A DNA stretch of 64,000 bases, taken from the NCBI RefSeq assembly GCF_030013205.1, contig NZ_CP122648.1; one strand, given 5' to 3'. Below the pieces are notes generated by a model, which was not told where the DNA came from, did no database searches, and saw only the letters and a list, made by a program, of their open reading frames with translations. Source of the stretch: Escherichia coli. GTDB lineage: Bacteria; Pseudomonadota; Gammaproteobacteria; Enterobacterales; Enterobacteriaceae. This document shows positions 28,587-41,288 of the stretch, piece after piece (position 1 is the stretch's first letter; each line of letters starts with the position of its first letter). The translations under genes and the position numbers were made by a program.

Positions 28587-30218
28587 TTAGTGCTTCACAA
28601 TGTACATATTCCGGGTGTAGGTATTATCCAGCGGATCTTTGCCGGTATAGCCACCAACCCACGGTTTCACCAGACGCGCATTCACGTAGTAATAAACAGG
28701 AACAATGGCCGAATCCTTATCCAGCTGTTGTTCTGCTTTAGTGTACAGAGCTGTGCGCTGCGCCTCGTCAGTCGCTTTCAGCGTTTCCGCCATAATGCTG
28801 TCAAAGGCCGGGCTCTTATAATGCGCGGTATTCATCGAGCTGTTCGACAGCATGGTGTTCAGGAAGGAAGTTGGTTCGTTGTAGTCTGCACACCAGCCTG
28901 CACGGGCCACATCAAAAGTGCCCTGGTGACGGGTGTCGAGGAACGTTTTCCACTCCTGGTTAACCAGTTTGACGTTTACACCAATGTTTTTCTTCCACAA
29001 TGAAGAGGCTGCAATCGCCAGCTTTTTATGCAGATCGGAGGTGTTATACAACAGGTTGATGGTTAACGGTTTGTCTGCGGTATAACCCGCTTCAGCCAGC
29101 AGTTTTTTCGCTTCTTCGTTACGTTTTTCCTGGCTCCAGCCAAACCATTCCGGCTGAGTCAATTTTGCGCCATCAGTATACGGTGGAGTGTAACTATAGG
29201 CGGGCATGTCGCCCTGCGCTTTCACTTTATTAACAATGATATCGCGGTCCATACCCAGTTTCAGTGCGGTACGCACACGTACATCGTTAAATGGCGGTTT
29301 CTGGTTGTTAATTTCGTAATAATAAGTGCACAGGTATGGATCAACGTGAACTTCGTCCGGGATCTCTTTTTTCAGCTTCTGGAACAATTCGATCGGCATG
29401 TTGTTATAAGTCATGTCGATTTCACCACTACGGTAGCGATTGACATCGGTAACTTCAGAAGCAATAGGCAAATAGGTTACCTGGTTAATAACGGTTTTCG
29501 CGTTGTTCCAGTAGGTCGGGCTGCGTTCAAGAACGATTCGTTCGTTTACGACCCAATCTTTTAAGGTATAGGCACCGTTGGTGACGATATTACCAGGCTG
29601 GGTCCATTTTTCGCCGAATTTCTCGATAGCGGCTTTTGGCACCGGTGAAGTTGACGGGTGAACAAGTAATTTATAGAAGTACGGAACGGGTTCACTTAAG
29701 GTGACTTCTAATGTGTGATCATCAATAGCTTTCACGCCGAGATCGGTAATCGGTTTTTTCCCTTCAAGAATTTCATCAATACCGGCGATATGCCCATATT
29801 GCAGATAACTGGCATACGGAGAAGCGGTGTTCGGATCAACAGAACGTTGCCAGCTATACACAAAGTCTTGGGCTGTGACTGGCGTGCCATCAGACCATTT
29901 CGCATCTTTACGCAAATGGAAGGTCCAGACTTTCGCGTCTTTATTATCCCAGGATTCAGCGACGCCAGGTGCCGGATGGCCGTCAAGATCGCTGACCAGT
30001 AAGCCTTCAAACAGGTCTCGGCTGATATTAGACTCCGGAACACCTTCAATTTTGTGCGGATCTAATGACTGAACTTCTGAACCATTGTTACGTACCAGCG
30101 TTTGTTTTTCCGCCAGTGTGACGCCTGCGGGTACATCAGCTGCCAGCGCGATATTCCCTGCCATAAGCGCAGCCAGAACGCCAGCTGCGACTAAACTTCT
30201 CTTGGTGATGTTGGTCAT
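28587..30218 (-). CDS. oppA: periplasmic oligopeptide-binding protein OppA
   Basis: MTNITKRSLVAAGVLAALMAGNIALA signal peptide; start at the internal Met of the track ORF. Confidence 0.95.
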   Translation of the reverse strand: MTNITKRSLVAAGVLAALMAGNIALAADVPAGVTLAEKQTLVRNNGSEVQSLDPHKIEGVPESNISRDLFEGLLVSDLDGHPAPGVAESWDNKDAKVWTFHLRKDAKWSDGTPVTAQDFVYSWQRSVDPNTASPYASYLQYGHIAGIDEILEGKKPITDLGVKAIDDHTLEVTLSEPVPYFYKLLVHPSTSPVPKAAIEKFGEKWTQPGNIVTNGAYTLKDWVVNERIVLERSPTYWNNAKTVINQVTYLPIASEVTDVNRYRSGEIDMTYNNMPIELFQKLKKEIPDEVHVDPYLCTYYYEINNQKPPFNDVRVRTALKLGMDRDIIVNKVKAQGDMPAYSYTPPYTDGAKLTQPEWFGWSQEKRNEEAKKLLAEAGYTADKPLTINLLYNTSDLHKKLAIAASSLWKKNIGVNVKLVNQEWKTFLDTRHQGTFDVARAGWCADYNEPTSFLNTMLSNSSMNTAHYKSPAFDSIMAETLKATDEAQRTALYTKAEQQLDKDSAIVPVYYYVNARLVKPWVGGYTGKDPLDNTYTRNMYIVKH

Positions 30219-30955
30219 TGTTTTTTGGACTCCCTCATTATAATTACTGGTATTAACCAGCATGTGTAATCCCGGATTGGGACCCTGCACAGGCTCGGAG
30301 ACTTTCTGCTGTCAGGTTACTTTATCGTTACGTATTACTATCACCGACTTTATTTATTCTGGTGATTCAGACGATCACCTTATGTCGATTCGTACTGTGT
30401 CTCCCCTGTCGAGACACATTATTCTTTCGCGACGCTCTTTAATTGTTAATTATTCTCATTACCAATAAAGAATCGTCTGGCGGTTGCCCGGAAAGTACCA
30501 AATGCGGTTCTTACTCGCCAATACATTTTGCAAAATTGTTAAGCAATTCTCTTTTATTGACCGTATCAGAATCTATAGCTTGCATCCATGTCTTAACAAA
30601 CATCTTTTAATTCAATCAAATAGAGATTGGTTAAGCATGTCTCTCTTTTCTGATTACAGTTCCAGTAGTGAAATGCACAACAATTTAACAATTGATTATT
30701 ATTTAGCACTTTCCTCTACCAAAGGCAGTGGAATTACTAATATCATTTCAATTATTCTTCAGCAAGCCCAGGATTATGATGTGGCGAAAATAACATGATG
30801 GTGAGGAGAAGCAGTTAAGGAAATCCTTATAACCAACTGTAATTTGAGAAGAATATTTTCACCCATTCCTTTTGCTTTTGATAACTGCGCGGTAACAAAG
30901 TAAAAATAATGACGAAGTAAACGGAGCATGACAGCTCCGTTTCATTTGAAAGGAA

Positions 30956-31603
30956 TTAATTAAGCAGGCCGGGGAAAATCCCCTTAATACCAGTAACGAT
31001 AAATTCAATCCCCAATGCCATCAGCAATAGCCCCATAATACGCGTGATCACGTTGATGCCGGTCTGGCGTAAAACCCGTACCAGCCACGGTGCCATGCGG
31101 AACAATCCCCAGCAACATAAAGCGAACAATGCAATAGCCACAAAGAAACCAAACAGATAGCTAATGCTGTGATAACGCGTACCCCAGACGATGGTAGAAC
31201 TGATCGCCCCTGGCCCCGCCATCAACGGCAATGCCAATGGCACCACACCAATGCTTTCACGTACCGCGGTTTCTGATTTTTCTTGCTTGTTCTGTTTATC
31301 CTCGCCAAGCTTGCCGCTGATCATCGACATCGCTATCGTCACCACCAGGATGCCCCCGGCGATACGGAACGAATCAATTGATATACCAAAAAGTTGCAGA
31401 ATCGTGTCGCCGAGAAAAAGCGAGATCCACAAGATAATGGCCACAGACAGGTTGGCTGTAAGGTTAGTTTTGTTTCGCGCTGCCGCTGTCTGATAACTGG
31501 TCATGCTGATAAAGACGGGAATAATCCCTACCGGGTTGACCAGCGCAAATAACCCGATGAAAAATTTGAAGTAAACGGGAAAATCAAAAAGGGTCTGAAT
31601 CAC
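30956..31603 (-). CDS. ychE: MarC-family inner membrane protein YchE
   Basis: 215-aa membrane protein; synteny. Confidence 0.9.
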   Translation of the reverse strand: MIQTLFDFPVYFKFFIGLFALVNPVGIIPVFISMTSYQTAAARNKTNLTANLSVAIILWISLFLGDTILQLFGISIDSFRIAGGILVVTIAMSMISGKLGEDKQNKQEKSETAVRESIGVVPLALPLMAGPGAISSTIVWGTRYHSISYLFGFFVAIALFALCCWGLFRMAPWLVRVLRQTGINVITRIMGLLLMALGIEFIVTGIKGIFPGLLN

Positions 31604-32079
31604 GGTTAGCTCCGAAGCAAAAGCCGGATAATGTTAGCCATAAATAAGGTTGAAAAGACGCGCTGACAATACGCCTTTTGACAGCATTTTTCACCTCCTA
31701 ACTACTTAAAATTGCTATCATTCGTTATTGTTATCTGGTTGTGCAAAACATGCTAATGTAGCCACCAAATCATACTACAATTTATTAACTGTTAGCTATA
31801 ATGGCGAAAAGCGATGCTGAAAGGTGTCAGCTTTGCAAAAATTTGATTTGGATCACGTAATCAGTACCCAGAAGTGAGTAATCTTGCTTACGCCACCTGG
31901 AAGTGACGCATTAGAGATAATAACTCTAATGTTTAAACTCTTTTAGTAAATCACAGTGAGTGTGAGCGCGAGTAAGCTTTTGATTTTCATCGGTTAAGCA
32001 AATCATCACCGCACTGACTATACTCTCGTATTCGAGCAGATGATTTACTAAAAAAGTTTAACATTATCAGGAGAGCATT

Positions 32080-34755
32080 ATGGCTGTTACTAATGTCGCT
32101 GAACTTAACGCACTCGTAGAGCGTGTAAAAAAAGCCCAGCGTGAATATGCCAGTTTCACTCAAGAGCAAGTAGACAAAATCTTCCGCGCCGCCGCTCTGG
32201 CTGCTGCAGATGCTCGAATCCCACTCGCGAAAATGGCCGTTGCCGAATCCGGCATGGGTATCGTCGAAGATAAAGTGATCAAAAACCACTTTGCTTCTGA
32301 ATATATCTACAACGCCTATAAAGATGAAAAAACCTGTGGTGTTCTGTCTGAAGACGACACTTTTGGTACCATCACTATCGCTGAACCAATCGGTATTATT
32401 TGCGGTATCGTTCCGACCACTAACCCGACTTCAACTGCTATCTTCAAATCGCTGATCAGCCTGAAGACCCGTAACGCCATTATCTTCTCCCCGCACCCGC
32501 GTGCAAAAGATGCCACCAACAAAGCGGCTGATATCGTTCTGCAGGCTGCTATCGCTGCCGGTGCTCCGAAAGATCTGATCGGCTGGATCGATCAACCTTC
32601 TGTTGAACTGTCTAACGCACTGATGCACCACCCAGACATCAACCTGATCCTCGCGACTGGTGGTCCGGGCATGGTTAAAGCCGCATACAGCTCCGGTAAA
32701 CCAGCTATCGGCGTAGGCGCGGGCAACACTCCAGTTGTTATCGATGAAACTGCTGATATCAAACGTGCAGTTGCATCTGTACTGATGTCCAAAACCTTCG
32801 ACAACGGCGTAATCTGTGCTTCTGAACAGTCTGTTGTTGTTGTTGACTCTGTTTATGACGCAGTACGTGAACGTTTCGCAACCCACGGCGGCTATCTGTT
32901 GCAGGGTAAAGAGCTGAAAGCTGTTCAGGACGTTATCCTGAAAAACGGTGCGCTGAACGCGGCTATCGTTGGTCAGCCAGCCTATAAAATTGCTGAACTG
33001 GCAGGCTTCTCCGTACCAGAAAACACCAAGATTCTGATCGGTGAAGTGACCGTTGTTGATGAAAGCGAACCGTTCGCACATGAAAAACTGTCCCCGACTC
33101 TGGCAATGTACCGCGCTAAAGATTTCGAAGACGCGGTAGAAAAAGCAGAGAAACTGGTTGCTATGGGCGGTATCGGTCATACCTCTTGCCTGTACACTGA
33201 CCAGGATAACCAACCGGCTCGCGTTTCTTACTTCGGTCAGAAAATGAAAACGGCTCGTATCCTGATTAACACCCCGGCTTCTCAGGGTGGTATCGGTGAC
33301 CTGTATAACTTCAAACTCGCACCTTCCCTGACTCTGGGTTGTGGTTCCTGGGGTGGTAACTCCATCTCTGAAAACGTTGGTCCGAAACACCTGATCAACA
33401 AGAAAACCGTTGCTAAGCGAGCTGAAAACATGTTGTGGCACAAACTTCCGAAATCTATCTACTTCCGCCGTGGCTCTCTGCCAATCGCGCTGGATGAAGT
33501 GATTACTGATGGCCACAAACGTGCGCTCATCGTGACTGACCGCTTCCTGTTCAACAATGGTTATGCTGATCAGATCACTTCCGTACTGAAAGCAGCAGGC
33601 GTTGAAACTGAAGTCTTCTTCGAAGTAGAAGCTGACCCGACCCTGAGCATCGTTCGTAAAGGTGCAGAACTGGCAAACTCCTTCAAACCAGACGTGATTA
33701 TCGCGCTGGGTGGTGGTTCCCCGATGGACGCCGCGAAGATCATGTGGGTCATGTACGAACATCCGGAAACTCACTTCGAAGAACTGGCGCTGCGCTTTAT
33801 GGATATCCGTAAACGTATCTACAAGTTCCCGAAAATGGGCGTGAAAGCGAAAATGATCGCTGTCACCACCACTTCTGGTACAGGTTCTGAAGTCACTCCG
33901 TTTGCGGTTGTAACTGACGACGCTACTGGTCAGAAATATCCGCTGGCAGACTATGCGCTGACCCCGGATATGGCGATTGTCGATGCCAACCTGGTTATGG
34001 ACATGCCGAAGTCCCTGTGTGCTTTCGGTGGTCTGGACGCAGTAACTCACGCCATGGAAGCTTATGTTTCTGTACTGGCATCTGAGTTCTCTGATGGTCA
34101 GGCTCTGCAGGCGCTGAAACTGCTGAAAGAATATCTGCCAGCGTCCTACCACGAAGGATCTAAAAATCCGGTAGCGCGTGAACGTGTTCACAGTGCAGCA
34201 ACTATCGCGGGTATCGCGTTTGCGAACGCCTTCCTGGGTGTATGTCACTCAATGGCGCACAAACTGGGTTCCCAGTTCCATATTCCGCACGGTCTGGCAA
34301 ACGCCCTGCTGATTTGTAACGTTATTCGCTACAACGCGAACGACAACCCGACCAAGCAGACTGCATTCAGCCAGTATGACCGTCCGCAGGCTCGCCGTCG
34401 TTATGCTGAAATTGCTGACCACCTGGGTCTGAGCGCACCGGGCGACCGTACTGCTGCTAAGATCGAGAAACTGCTGGCATGGCTGGAAACGCTGAAAGCT
34501 GAACTGGGTATTCCGAAATCTATCCGTGAAGCTGGCGTTCAGGAAGCAGACTTCCTGGCGAATGTGGATAAACTGTCTGAAGATGCATTCGATGACCAGT
34601 GCACCGGCGCTAACCCGCGTTACCCGCTGATCTCCGAGCTGAAACAGATTCTGCTGGATACCTACTACGGTCGTGATTATGTAGAAGGTGAAACTGCAGC
34701 GAAAAAGGAAGCCGCTCCGGCTAAAGCTGAGAAAAAAGCGAAGAAATCCGCTTAA
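32080..34755 (+). CDS. adhE: bifunctional aldehyde/alcohol dehydrogenase AdhE
   Basis: 891-aa ORF starting [26 protein letters not shown]... Confidence 0.97.
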
Positions 34756-35057
34756 TCAGTAGCGCTGTCTGGCAACATAAACGGTCCCTTCTGGGGCCGT
34801 TTTTTTGTTTTACCCAAAGCAACTTTCCCATAAACCGACAGCATTTGCCTTCATCATATTTACGGCGATGTATAACGCCTACACACAGCGATATTGTACT
34901 TTACAGGTCACAAGTCAACGTCACTGTAAAAGCGCTCTGTGAGGGGTATAGTGGCGTTAAAGAACTGTCGAGAAGGGTATATACACCGGATGAAGTGAGT
35001 AAAACGAACTGACAGGATAAAAGCGCCCTGCTCACCCTGTCAGTAAAGAAATTCTTA

Positions 35058-35675
35058 TTAATCGTGGCGATGCCTTTCCTGAATAGCCGTTAATGAGCCG
35101 ACTTCTAACGCTTCTTTATAGTGTTTACGGCATACAGAAACGTAGCGTTCATTACCACCAATAACCACCTGCTCACCTTCGTTATAAGGTCTGCCTGCTT
35201 GATCAAGACGCAGCACCATGCTTGCTTTGCGGCCACAAAAACAGATGGTTTTTAATTCAACCAGTTTGTCGGACCATGCCAGTAAGTATTGGCTGCCAAT
35301 AAATAACTCACCTCGAAAATCGGTACGTAAACCATAACAAAGTACGGGTATATCGAGTTGATCGACAACCTCCGATAATTCATATACTTGTTGTCTGGTT
35401 AAAAACTGGCATTCATCAACCAGTACGCAATGAATTGCCTGCTGTTCATGTTCCGCACGAATCTCATCAAATAATGATGAATTTTGGTTAAATAATTTTG
35501 CAGGCGATGACAAACCTATACGCGAGCTGACTTTCCCGGCACCAAAGCGATCATCAATTTCTGCCGTATATACGACAGTGCGCATGCCGCGTTCCTGGTA
35601 ATTGTATGAAGATTGCAACAATGCTGTAGACTTACCCGCATTCATTGCGGAATAGTAGAAATATAGCTGTGCCAT
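35058..35675 (-). CDS. tdk: thymidine kinase
   Basis: 205 aa with P-loop GKST. Confidence 0.95.
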
Positions 35676-36278
35676 CAGCCACAGGCCCTCAATGATATGA
35701 ATTAAAGTTGGCTGGAGTTTATCATAATTCGTCAGTTTTTCAGCTCAACAGTATGCACAGAAGTGGTATATGCGTTCTCCCTTACGAAGCCTTGCATAAT
35801 CCTTCTGAGCTATCATTACAACTGCCTCGCTTGTTATAAGCGGGTAAATGACTGCTGGTAACTATTCACAATCTTTAACCTGTTGCGCAAGTAATAGCCC
35901 TCTGTTGACCTCCTGGAGATAGTGCAATACTAAGTCCCTGCTCTTATTGCGACTGTTCTACTTTTCATCATTCGCTTAATAGGGAATTCTCGTAAACACG
36001 ACTAATACAGAAGACTGAAAGGTCGTCAGCCTACGATAATCTCCCCATAAAATGTGACATGAATCAGGAAGTTTTAACCTCACGTGCTGCGAAATCATCG
36101 GCGCAAATAGGGCTATATGCCGCGTCTTTTCTGGCTAATTTTATGAAAAGATATTTATTGGCGGCACAAAATAAAGAACAATTTTGAATTCCTTACATTC
36201 CTGGCTATTGCACAACTGAATTTAAGGCTCTATTATTACCTCAACAAACCACCCCAATATAAGTTTGAGATTACTACA

Positions 36279-36692
36279 ATGAGCGAAGCACTTAAAATTC
36301 TGAACAACATCCGTACTCTTCGTGCGCAGGCAAGAGAATGTACACTTGAAACGCTGGAAGAAATGCTGGAAAAATTAGAAGTTGTTGTTAACGAACGTCG
36401 CGAAGAAGAAAGCGCGGCTGCTGCTGAAGTTGAAGAGCGCACTCGTAAACTGCAGCAATATCGCGAAATGCTGATCGCTGACGGTATTGACCCGAACGAA
36501 CTGCTGAATAGCCTTGCTGCCGTTAAATCTGGCACCAAAGCTAAACGTGCTCAGCGTCCGGCAAAATATAGCTACGTTGACGAAAACGGCGAAACTAAAA
36601 CCTGGACTGGCCAGGGCCGTACTCCAGCTGTAATCAAAAAAGCAATGGATGAGCAAGGTAAATCCCTCGACGATTTCCTGATCAAGCAATAA
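36279..36692 (+). CDS. hns: nucleoid-associated protein H-NS
   Basis: 137-aa [39 protein letters not shown]... Confidence 0.97.
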
Positions 36693-36720
36693 TCTTTTGT
36701 AGATTGCACTTGCTTAAAAA

Positions 36721-36745
36721 TCCCGCCATCGGCGGGATTTTTTAT
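36721..36745 (+). terminator. hns rho-independent terminator
   Basis: TCCCGCC-ATC-GGCGGGA hairpin followed by TTTTTT. Confidence 0.75.
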
Positions 36746-36781
36746 TGTCCGGTTTAAGACAATTTAATAAGAATAAGCTAT

Positions 36782-37497
36782 AATAAATATCCTCCGGCAT
36801 AGCCGGAGGTTTTTCAAATGCGCCTATAAGGCTCTCTTACCAGCCGCGCCCTAACAGGCGCACACGATCTGACATTTGCATCCAACTTCGTTACTTACGG
36901 CCCGTAAACGGGCTGCCCGGATAGGGAATCGATAACTGCTCTCCCATTTTATCCTCTTCAAGCTGGTGCTTTATGTAATCCTGTATCTTCGCCGTGTTCT
37001 TACCCACCGTATCGACGTAGTACCCTCTGCACCAGAACTCTCTGTTCCTGTATTTGAATTTCAAATCACCAAACTGCTCGTAAAGCATCAGACTGCTTTT
37101 CCCTTTCAGATATCCCATAAAGCCGGATACGCTCATTTTGGGCGGGATCTCCACAAGCATATGGATATGATCTGCACAGCATTCAGCTTCCAGAATCCGT
37201 ACGCTTTTCCACTCACACAGCTTTCTCAAAATACTGCCTATTGCTCTACGCTTCTCTCTGTAGAACACTTGTCTTCGGTATTTTGGCGCAAAAACTATGT
37301 GATATTTACAGTTCCATCGGGTGTGCGCTAAGCTCTTTTCGTTCCCCATTGGGACCCCCTTTTGATTTCTTGTTTGACACTTGCAGTTGCCAGACCGCAA
37401 GGTGTTTTAACAAATCAAAAGGGGTTTTAATAACTGGCTCAAAGCTGAAAGCTTTCCGGAACCCCCAGCCTAGCTGGGGGTTTTCTGTGCACAAAAA
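36782..37497 (-). mobile_element. IS200 copy A
   Basis: About 716 bp; end hairpins CCTCCGGCATAGCCGGAGG and CCCCCAGCCTAGCTGGGGG; near-identical to copy B; boundaries from where the two copies diverge. Confidence 0.85.
36891..37349 (-). CDS. tnpA: IS200 transposase TnpA (Y1/HUH, 152 aa)
   Basis: MGNEKSLAHTRWNCKYHIVFAPKYRRQV..., matching IS200 TnpA as I recall it. Confidence 0.9.
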   Translation of the reverse strand: MGNEKSLAHTRWNCKYHIVFAPKYRRQVFYREKRRAIGSILRKLCEWKSVRILEAECCADHIHMLVEIPPKMSVSGFMGYLKGKSSLMLYEQFGDLKFKYRNREFWCRGYYVDTVGKNTAKIQDYIKHQLEEDKMGEQLSIPYPGSPFTGRK

Positions 37498-37547
37498 AAC
37501 GGCGTCGATTGCTCAACGCCGTTTCGTGGATAACACCGATACGGATG

Positions 37548-38456
37548 TTACTTCTTAATGCCCATCTCTTCTTCAAGCCAGGCTTTAAATTCCGTGCCAA
37601 GGGTGTTATGACGAATACCGTATTCAACGAAGGCCTGCATGTAACCTAATTTATTACCGCAGTCATGGCTCTTCCCTTTCATATGATAGGCTTCCACCGT
37701 TTCTTTTTCGATCAGCATATCAATTGCGTCGGTGAGCTGAATTTCATCACCAGCTCCCGGAGGGGTTTTTGCCAGCAACGGCCAAATATCCGCGCTAAGT
37801 ACGTAACGACCCACAATAGCGAGATTAGACGGCGCAACATCCGCTTTCGGTTTTTCTACCACACCAACCATCGGTACGCTTTCACCCGGCGCTAATTCAA
37901 CGCCTTTGCAATCCACAACGCCATATGCGGTAACATCAGCAACCGGTTCAACCATGATCTGGCTATGACCCGTTTCATCAAAGCGGCGGATCATCTCTGC
38001 CAGGTTATCCTGTGACAAATCGGATTCATATTCATCCAGAATAACGTCAGGCAAAATAACAGCCACAGGTTCATCACCCACTACCGGGTGAGCACACAAT
38101 ACCGCATGTCCCAGGCCTTTCGCCAGCCCCTGACGAACTTGCATAATAGTCACGTGCGGCGGACAAATAGACTGCACTTCATCAAGCAGTTGACGTTTTA
38201 CACGTTTTTCCAGCATTGCTTCCAGTTCAAAACTGGTATCAAAGTGGTTTTCAATCGAGTTTTTAGATGAGTGAGTAACCAGCACAATTTCAGTAATGCC
38301 AGCCGCAATACATTCATTCACGACGTATTGAATTAATGGCTTATCGACAAGTGGCAGCATCTCTTTCGGGATGGCTTTCGTCGCCGGCAACATCCTGGTT
38401 CCTAATCCCGCAACGGGGATAACGGCTTTTTTGACTTTCGTATTAATGGCAGCCAT
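37548..38456 (-). CDS. galU: UTP-glucose-1-phosphate uridylyltransferase GalU
   Basis: 302-aa [38 protein letters not shown]... Confidence 0.97.
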
Positions 38457-38657
38457 TTAAATTCTCCTGGACTGTTCGTGTTTTGAACGTGTTCATATTT
38501 CTGTATCGCATCCCAGTATATCAGCACCCCGAAGGGGCTAAGTTCTGAAAAGGAGGCGAGTTAGCATAATTAAGACAATTACTTATACGAATGGCGACGA
38601 TAGTAACACCAGCCGACATTAGCAGGTAATGCAAATTTAGCCCGCGTTATCGTTTGC

Positions 38658-39671
38658 TCATTCTGCAGACAACATCAAGCGAAGCCGACCACCGGTTCCC
38701 CATATTTGGCATTGCCAGGCATCGCATCGCTGGCTCAATTGATTCAAATAAGCGTTACCTAAAGTGCCTAACGGAACACCATTACTGATTTGCACCTGGT
38801 GTTCGCCAGTATTTAATGTCGCATTCAGACCCGCAGAAACCAGAATGAGATTTTTCAGTTCGCGATGATAATAGCCAACTAATAGCGGAAACTGCCCCGG
38901 TAGATTGGCCTGACGGAGTAAATGGTTTACCTGCTTCAATAACGCGCCCAACTCTGGCAACCGTTGATTTTGATGTGCAAGCTGTTCCTGTAATAATCCG
39001 TTAAACAATGCGCGTAATAACAAGGCAGCAAGTACGCCATTATGTCCAGCTCGGGTGACATCAAGGCAATAAAATGCCAGATCGTTTTCCGAAAGTGCGG
39101 CAATATCAAGCACCAGGCCGGGTTTGTCCGCGGCAACCAATTGACGATAATTAACCCGGCAATGGGAAATCACCTGCTGAACCGGCGGTTGCAATTCCTG
39201 TAATAATTTCGCCGCTGCGGCAGGGTTATCAACCATTGCATCCCAGTCGCGAAAAAGCCTCTCCTCTTCCTCAACGCGGGAATTAAACATGCTGGGATAG
39301 AGACAGGCAAAAACCATCTCGCGCAAGCGATTCAGATCTTTAACTGGTTTCAGCAAAACATCTTCAACGCCCAGACGTAACGCTTTGGCAATATCTGCCA
39401 TATTTTCAGTGGCAGATATCACCAGAACAGGTGTCTGGTCGCCTCTGTTACGTATATGCTCCAGCAGTTTAAGCCCGTTCATTCGTGGCATCGCGATATC
39501 ACATATCATCAGGTCTGGAGTGAAACCTCCCAGCAACTCAAGGGCATCCACCCCATCAGCCGCCAGTACCGTTGTCGCTCCCAATGAGGAAAACCACGAA
39601 TCCAGAAGCGAGCGAAATACCTGCTCATCTTCAACAATGAGAATCTGTTTTCCGACCAATGGCTGCGTCAT
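38658..39671 (-). CDS. rssB: RpoS-degradation adaptor response regulator RssB
   Basis: 337 aa with N-terminal receiver domain. Confidence 0.95.
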   Translation of the reverse strand: MTQPLVGKQILIVEDEQVFRSLLDSWFSSLGATTVLAADGVDALELLGGFTPDLMICDIAMPRMNGLKLLEHIRNRGDQTPVLVISATENMADIAKALRLGVEDVLLKPVKDLNRLREMVFACLYPSMFNSRVEEEERLFRDWDAMVDNPAAAAKLLQELQPPVQQVISHCRVNYRQLVAADKPGLVLDIAALSENDLAFYCLDVTRAGHNGVLAALLLRALFNGLLQEQLAHQNQRLPELGALLKQVNHLLRQANLPGQFPLLVGYYHRELKNLILVSAGLNATLNTGEHQVQISNGVPLGTLGNAYLNQLSQRCDAWQCQIWGTGGRLRLMLSAE

Positions 39672-39762
39672 GTTCTCTCCCCTGACTGGCTTTACTCAAT
39701 AGTGGCATGCTATTGCCACCTGCGCCTGTCAGAATTAACTTAAGTGTAGATAAAAATTCTGG

Positions 39763-40668
39763 TCAAATGTTGGTGCGTACCAACGGCAAAAGTTCATCCA
39801 TTTTCTTTTCCACTGCCAGCTGCCCAGCCGCAATGGCAGCGTGCGCGCGATGGAAATCAAGCGTAGATATTTGCGGGCAAACAGGTTGAATCAGAATATC
39901 GGGCGGATCACCTGCCATGCGGTTCCTTTTAAGGCGGTTCTCCAGCACCTGGATAGAAGTGGTCATAATCTCTGTTGCCGTTGGCGCTGTCACCGCCCGA
40001 CGTGTCGTTATGCTGCCCAACCTTTCTTTCAGACGCGCATGCCACGGCAGAGAATCACCATTCTCGCTATTTTCTTCACTAACATTAAAGGAGAGCAGAT
40101 CTTGTTGCATCAAATGAGCATCGTGCTGCAGGTCGACCGCTATCACAATATCAGCACCCAATGCACGCGTGAGCGAAATAGGAATTGGGTTAACTACAGC
40201 GCCATCAACCAGCCAGTAGCCGTTATGCGCAACGGGTGCCATTAGTCCTGGAATACTGCATGATGCACGAATAGCAAGATGGAGATCGCCTTCAGTAAAC
40301 CATAATTCGCGCCCAGTACTTAAATTGGTGGCAACAGCCGCGAAGCGACGGGAACAATTTTCGATCTCTGTTTCCGGCATTATTTCGCGATATTGATTGA
40401 AGACACGCTCGCCGCGCAGTAACCCACCGCGCTGCCAGGAGAGATCCATCAGGCGTAAAACATCCCAATAACTGAAAGAGGTCACCCAATCTTCCAGCGC
40501 AGATAGTCGATCGCATGCATAGGCAGCGCCCACCAGCGAACCAATTGAACATCCTGCAACGATATCAATTTCAATACCCACTTTTTTTAGCGCATTAATA
40601 ACGCCAATATGCGACCAACCTCTCGCCGCGCCAGATCCCAGCGCCAGCCCTATTTTTATCTTTCTCAT
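39763..40668 (-). CDS. rssA: patatin-like phospholipase RssA
   Basis: 301 aa with GxGxxG and GCSIGS motifs. Confidence 0.93.
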   Translation of the reverse strand: MRKIKIGLALGSGAARGWSHIGVINALKKVGIEIDIVAGCSIGSLVGAAYACDRLSALEDWVTSFSYWDVLRLMDLSWQRGGLLRGERVFNQYREIMPETEIENCSRRFAAVATNLSTGRELWFTEGDLHLAIRASCSIPGLMAPVAHNGYWLVDGAVVNPIPISLTRALGADIVIAVDLQHDAHLMQQDLLSFNVSEENSENGDSLPWHARLKERLGSITTRRAVTAPTATEIMTTSIQVLENRLKRNRMAGDPPDILIQPVCPQISTLDFHRAHAAIAAGQLAVEKKMDELLPLVRTNI

Positions 40669-40780
40669 TATTCCCGCAAGATTCCCCTGGAATGCAATCG
40701 TAGCAACATCGCTACTGCTCGGTTAACATAGTGCTACTCAGGCGGTTAATACGCCGTTATTGTTTCCAGGGAGATTATTT

Positions 40781-41239
40781 GTGTCTCAGCTTTGTCCCTG
40801 TGGTAGTGCTGTCGAGTATAGCCTATGTTGCCACCCTTATGTGTCTGGTGAAAAGGTTGCACCTGATCCAGAACATCTCATGCGTTCGCGTTACTGCGCT
40901 TTTGTGATGAAAGACGCAGATTATTTAATAAAGACCTGGCATCCATCTTGTGGAGCGGCGGCGTTACGTGCCGAATTGATTGCCGGATTTGCGCATACTG
41001 AATGGTTAGGATTGACCGTATTTGAACATTGTTGGCAGGACGTCGACAATATCGGATTTGTCAGTTTTGTTGCGCGATATACCGAAGGTGGCAAAACAGG
41101 TGCAATCATTGAACGTTCGCGATTTTTGAAAGAAAACGGTCAATGGTACTATATTGACGGTACACGTCCGCAGTTTGGCCGCAACGATCCCTGCCCTTGT
41201 GGTTCAGGTAAAAAATTTAAAAAGTGCTGCGGCCAATAA
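40781..41239 (+). CDS. ychJ: SEC-C motif protein YchJ
   Basis: CPCGSG...CC motifs at both ends; GTG start assumed. Confidence 0.85.
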   Translation: MSQLCPCGSAVEYSLCCHPYVSGEKVAPDPEHLMRSRYCAFVMKDADYLIKTWHPSCGAAALRAELIAGFAHTEWLGLTVFEHCWQDVDNIGFVSFVARYTEGGKTGAIIERSRFLKENGQWYYIDGTRPQFGRNDPCPCGSGKKFKKCCGQ

Positions 41240-41288
41240 TGGTTGACGGTACGGTTTAGCAAACACTCTCAACAAGGTTTTTCCAGCA

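Noticed and set aside
30484-30798. 104-aa plus-strand ORF upstream of oppA
   Set aside because: Lies in the long AT-rich oppA leader region on the opposite strand; no support for translation from sequence alone.
32431-34248. 605-aa minus-strand ORF inside adhE
   Set aside because: Antisense to a certain, highly conserved gene; no RBS context; typical long spurious antisense frame.
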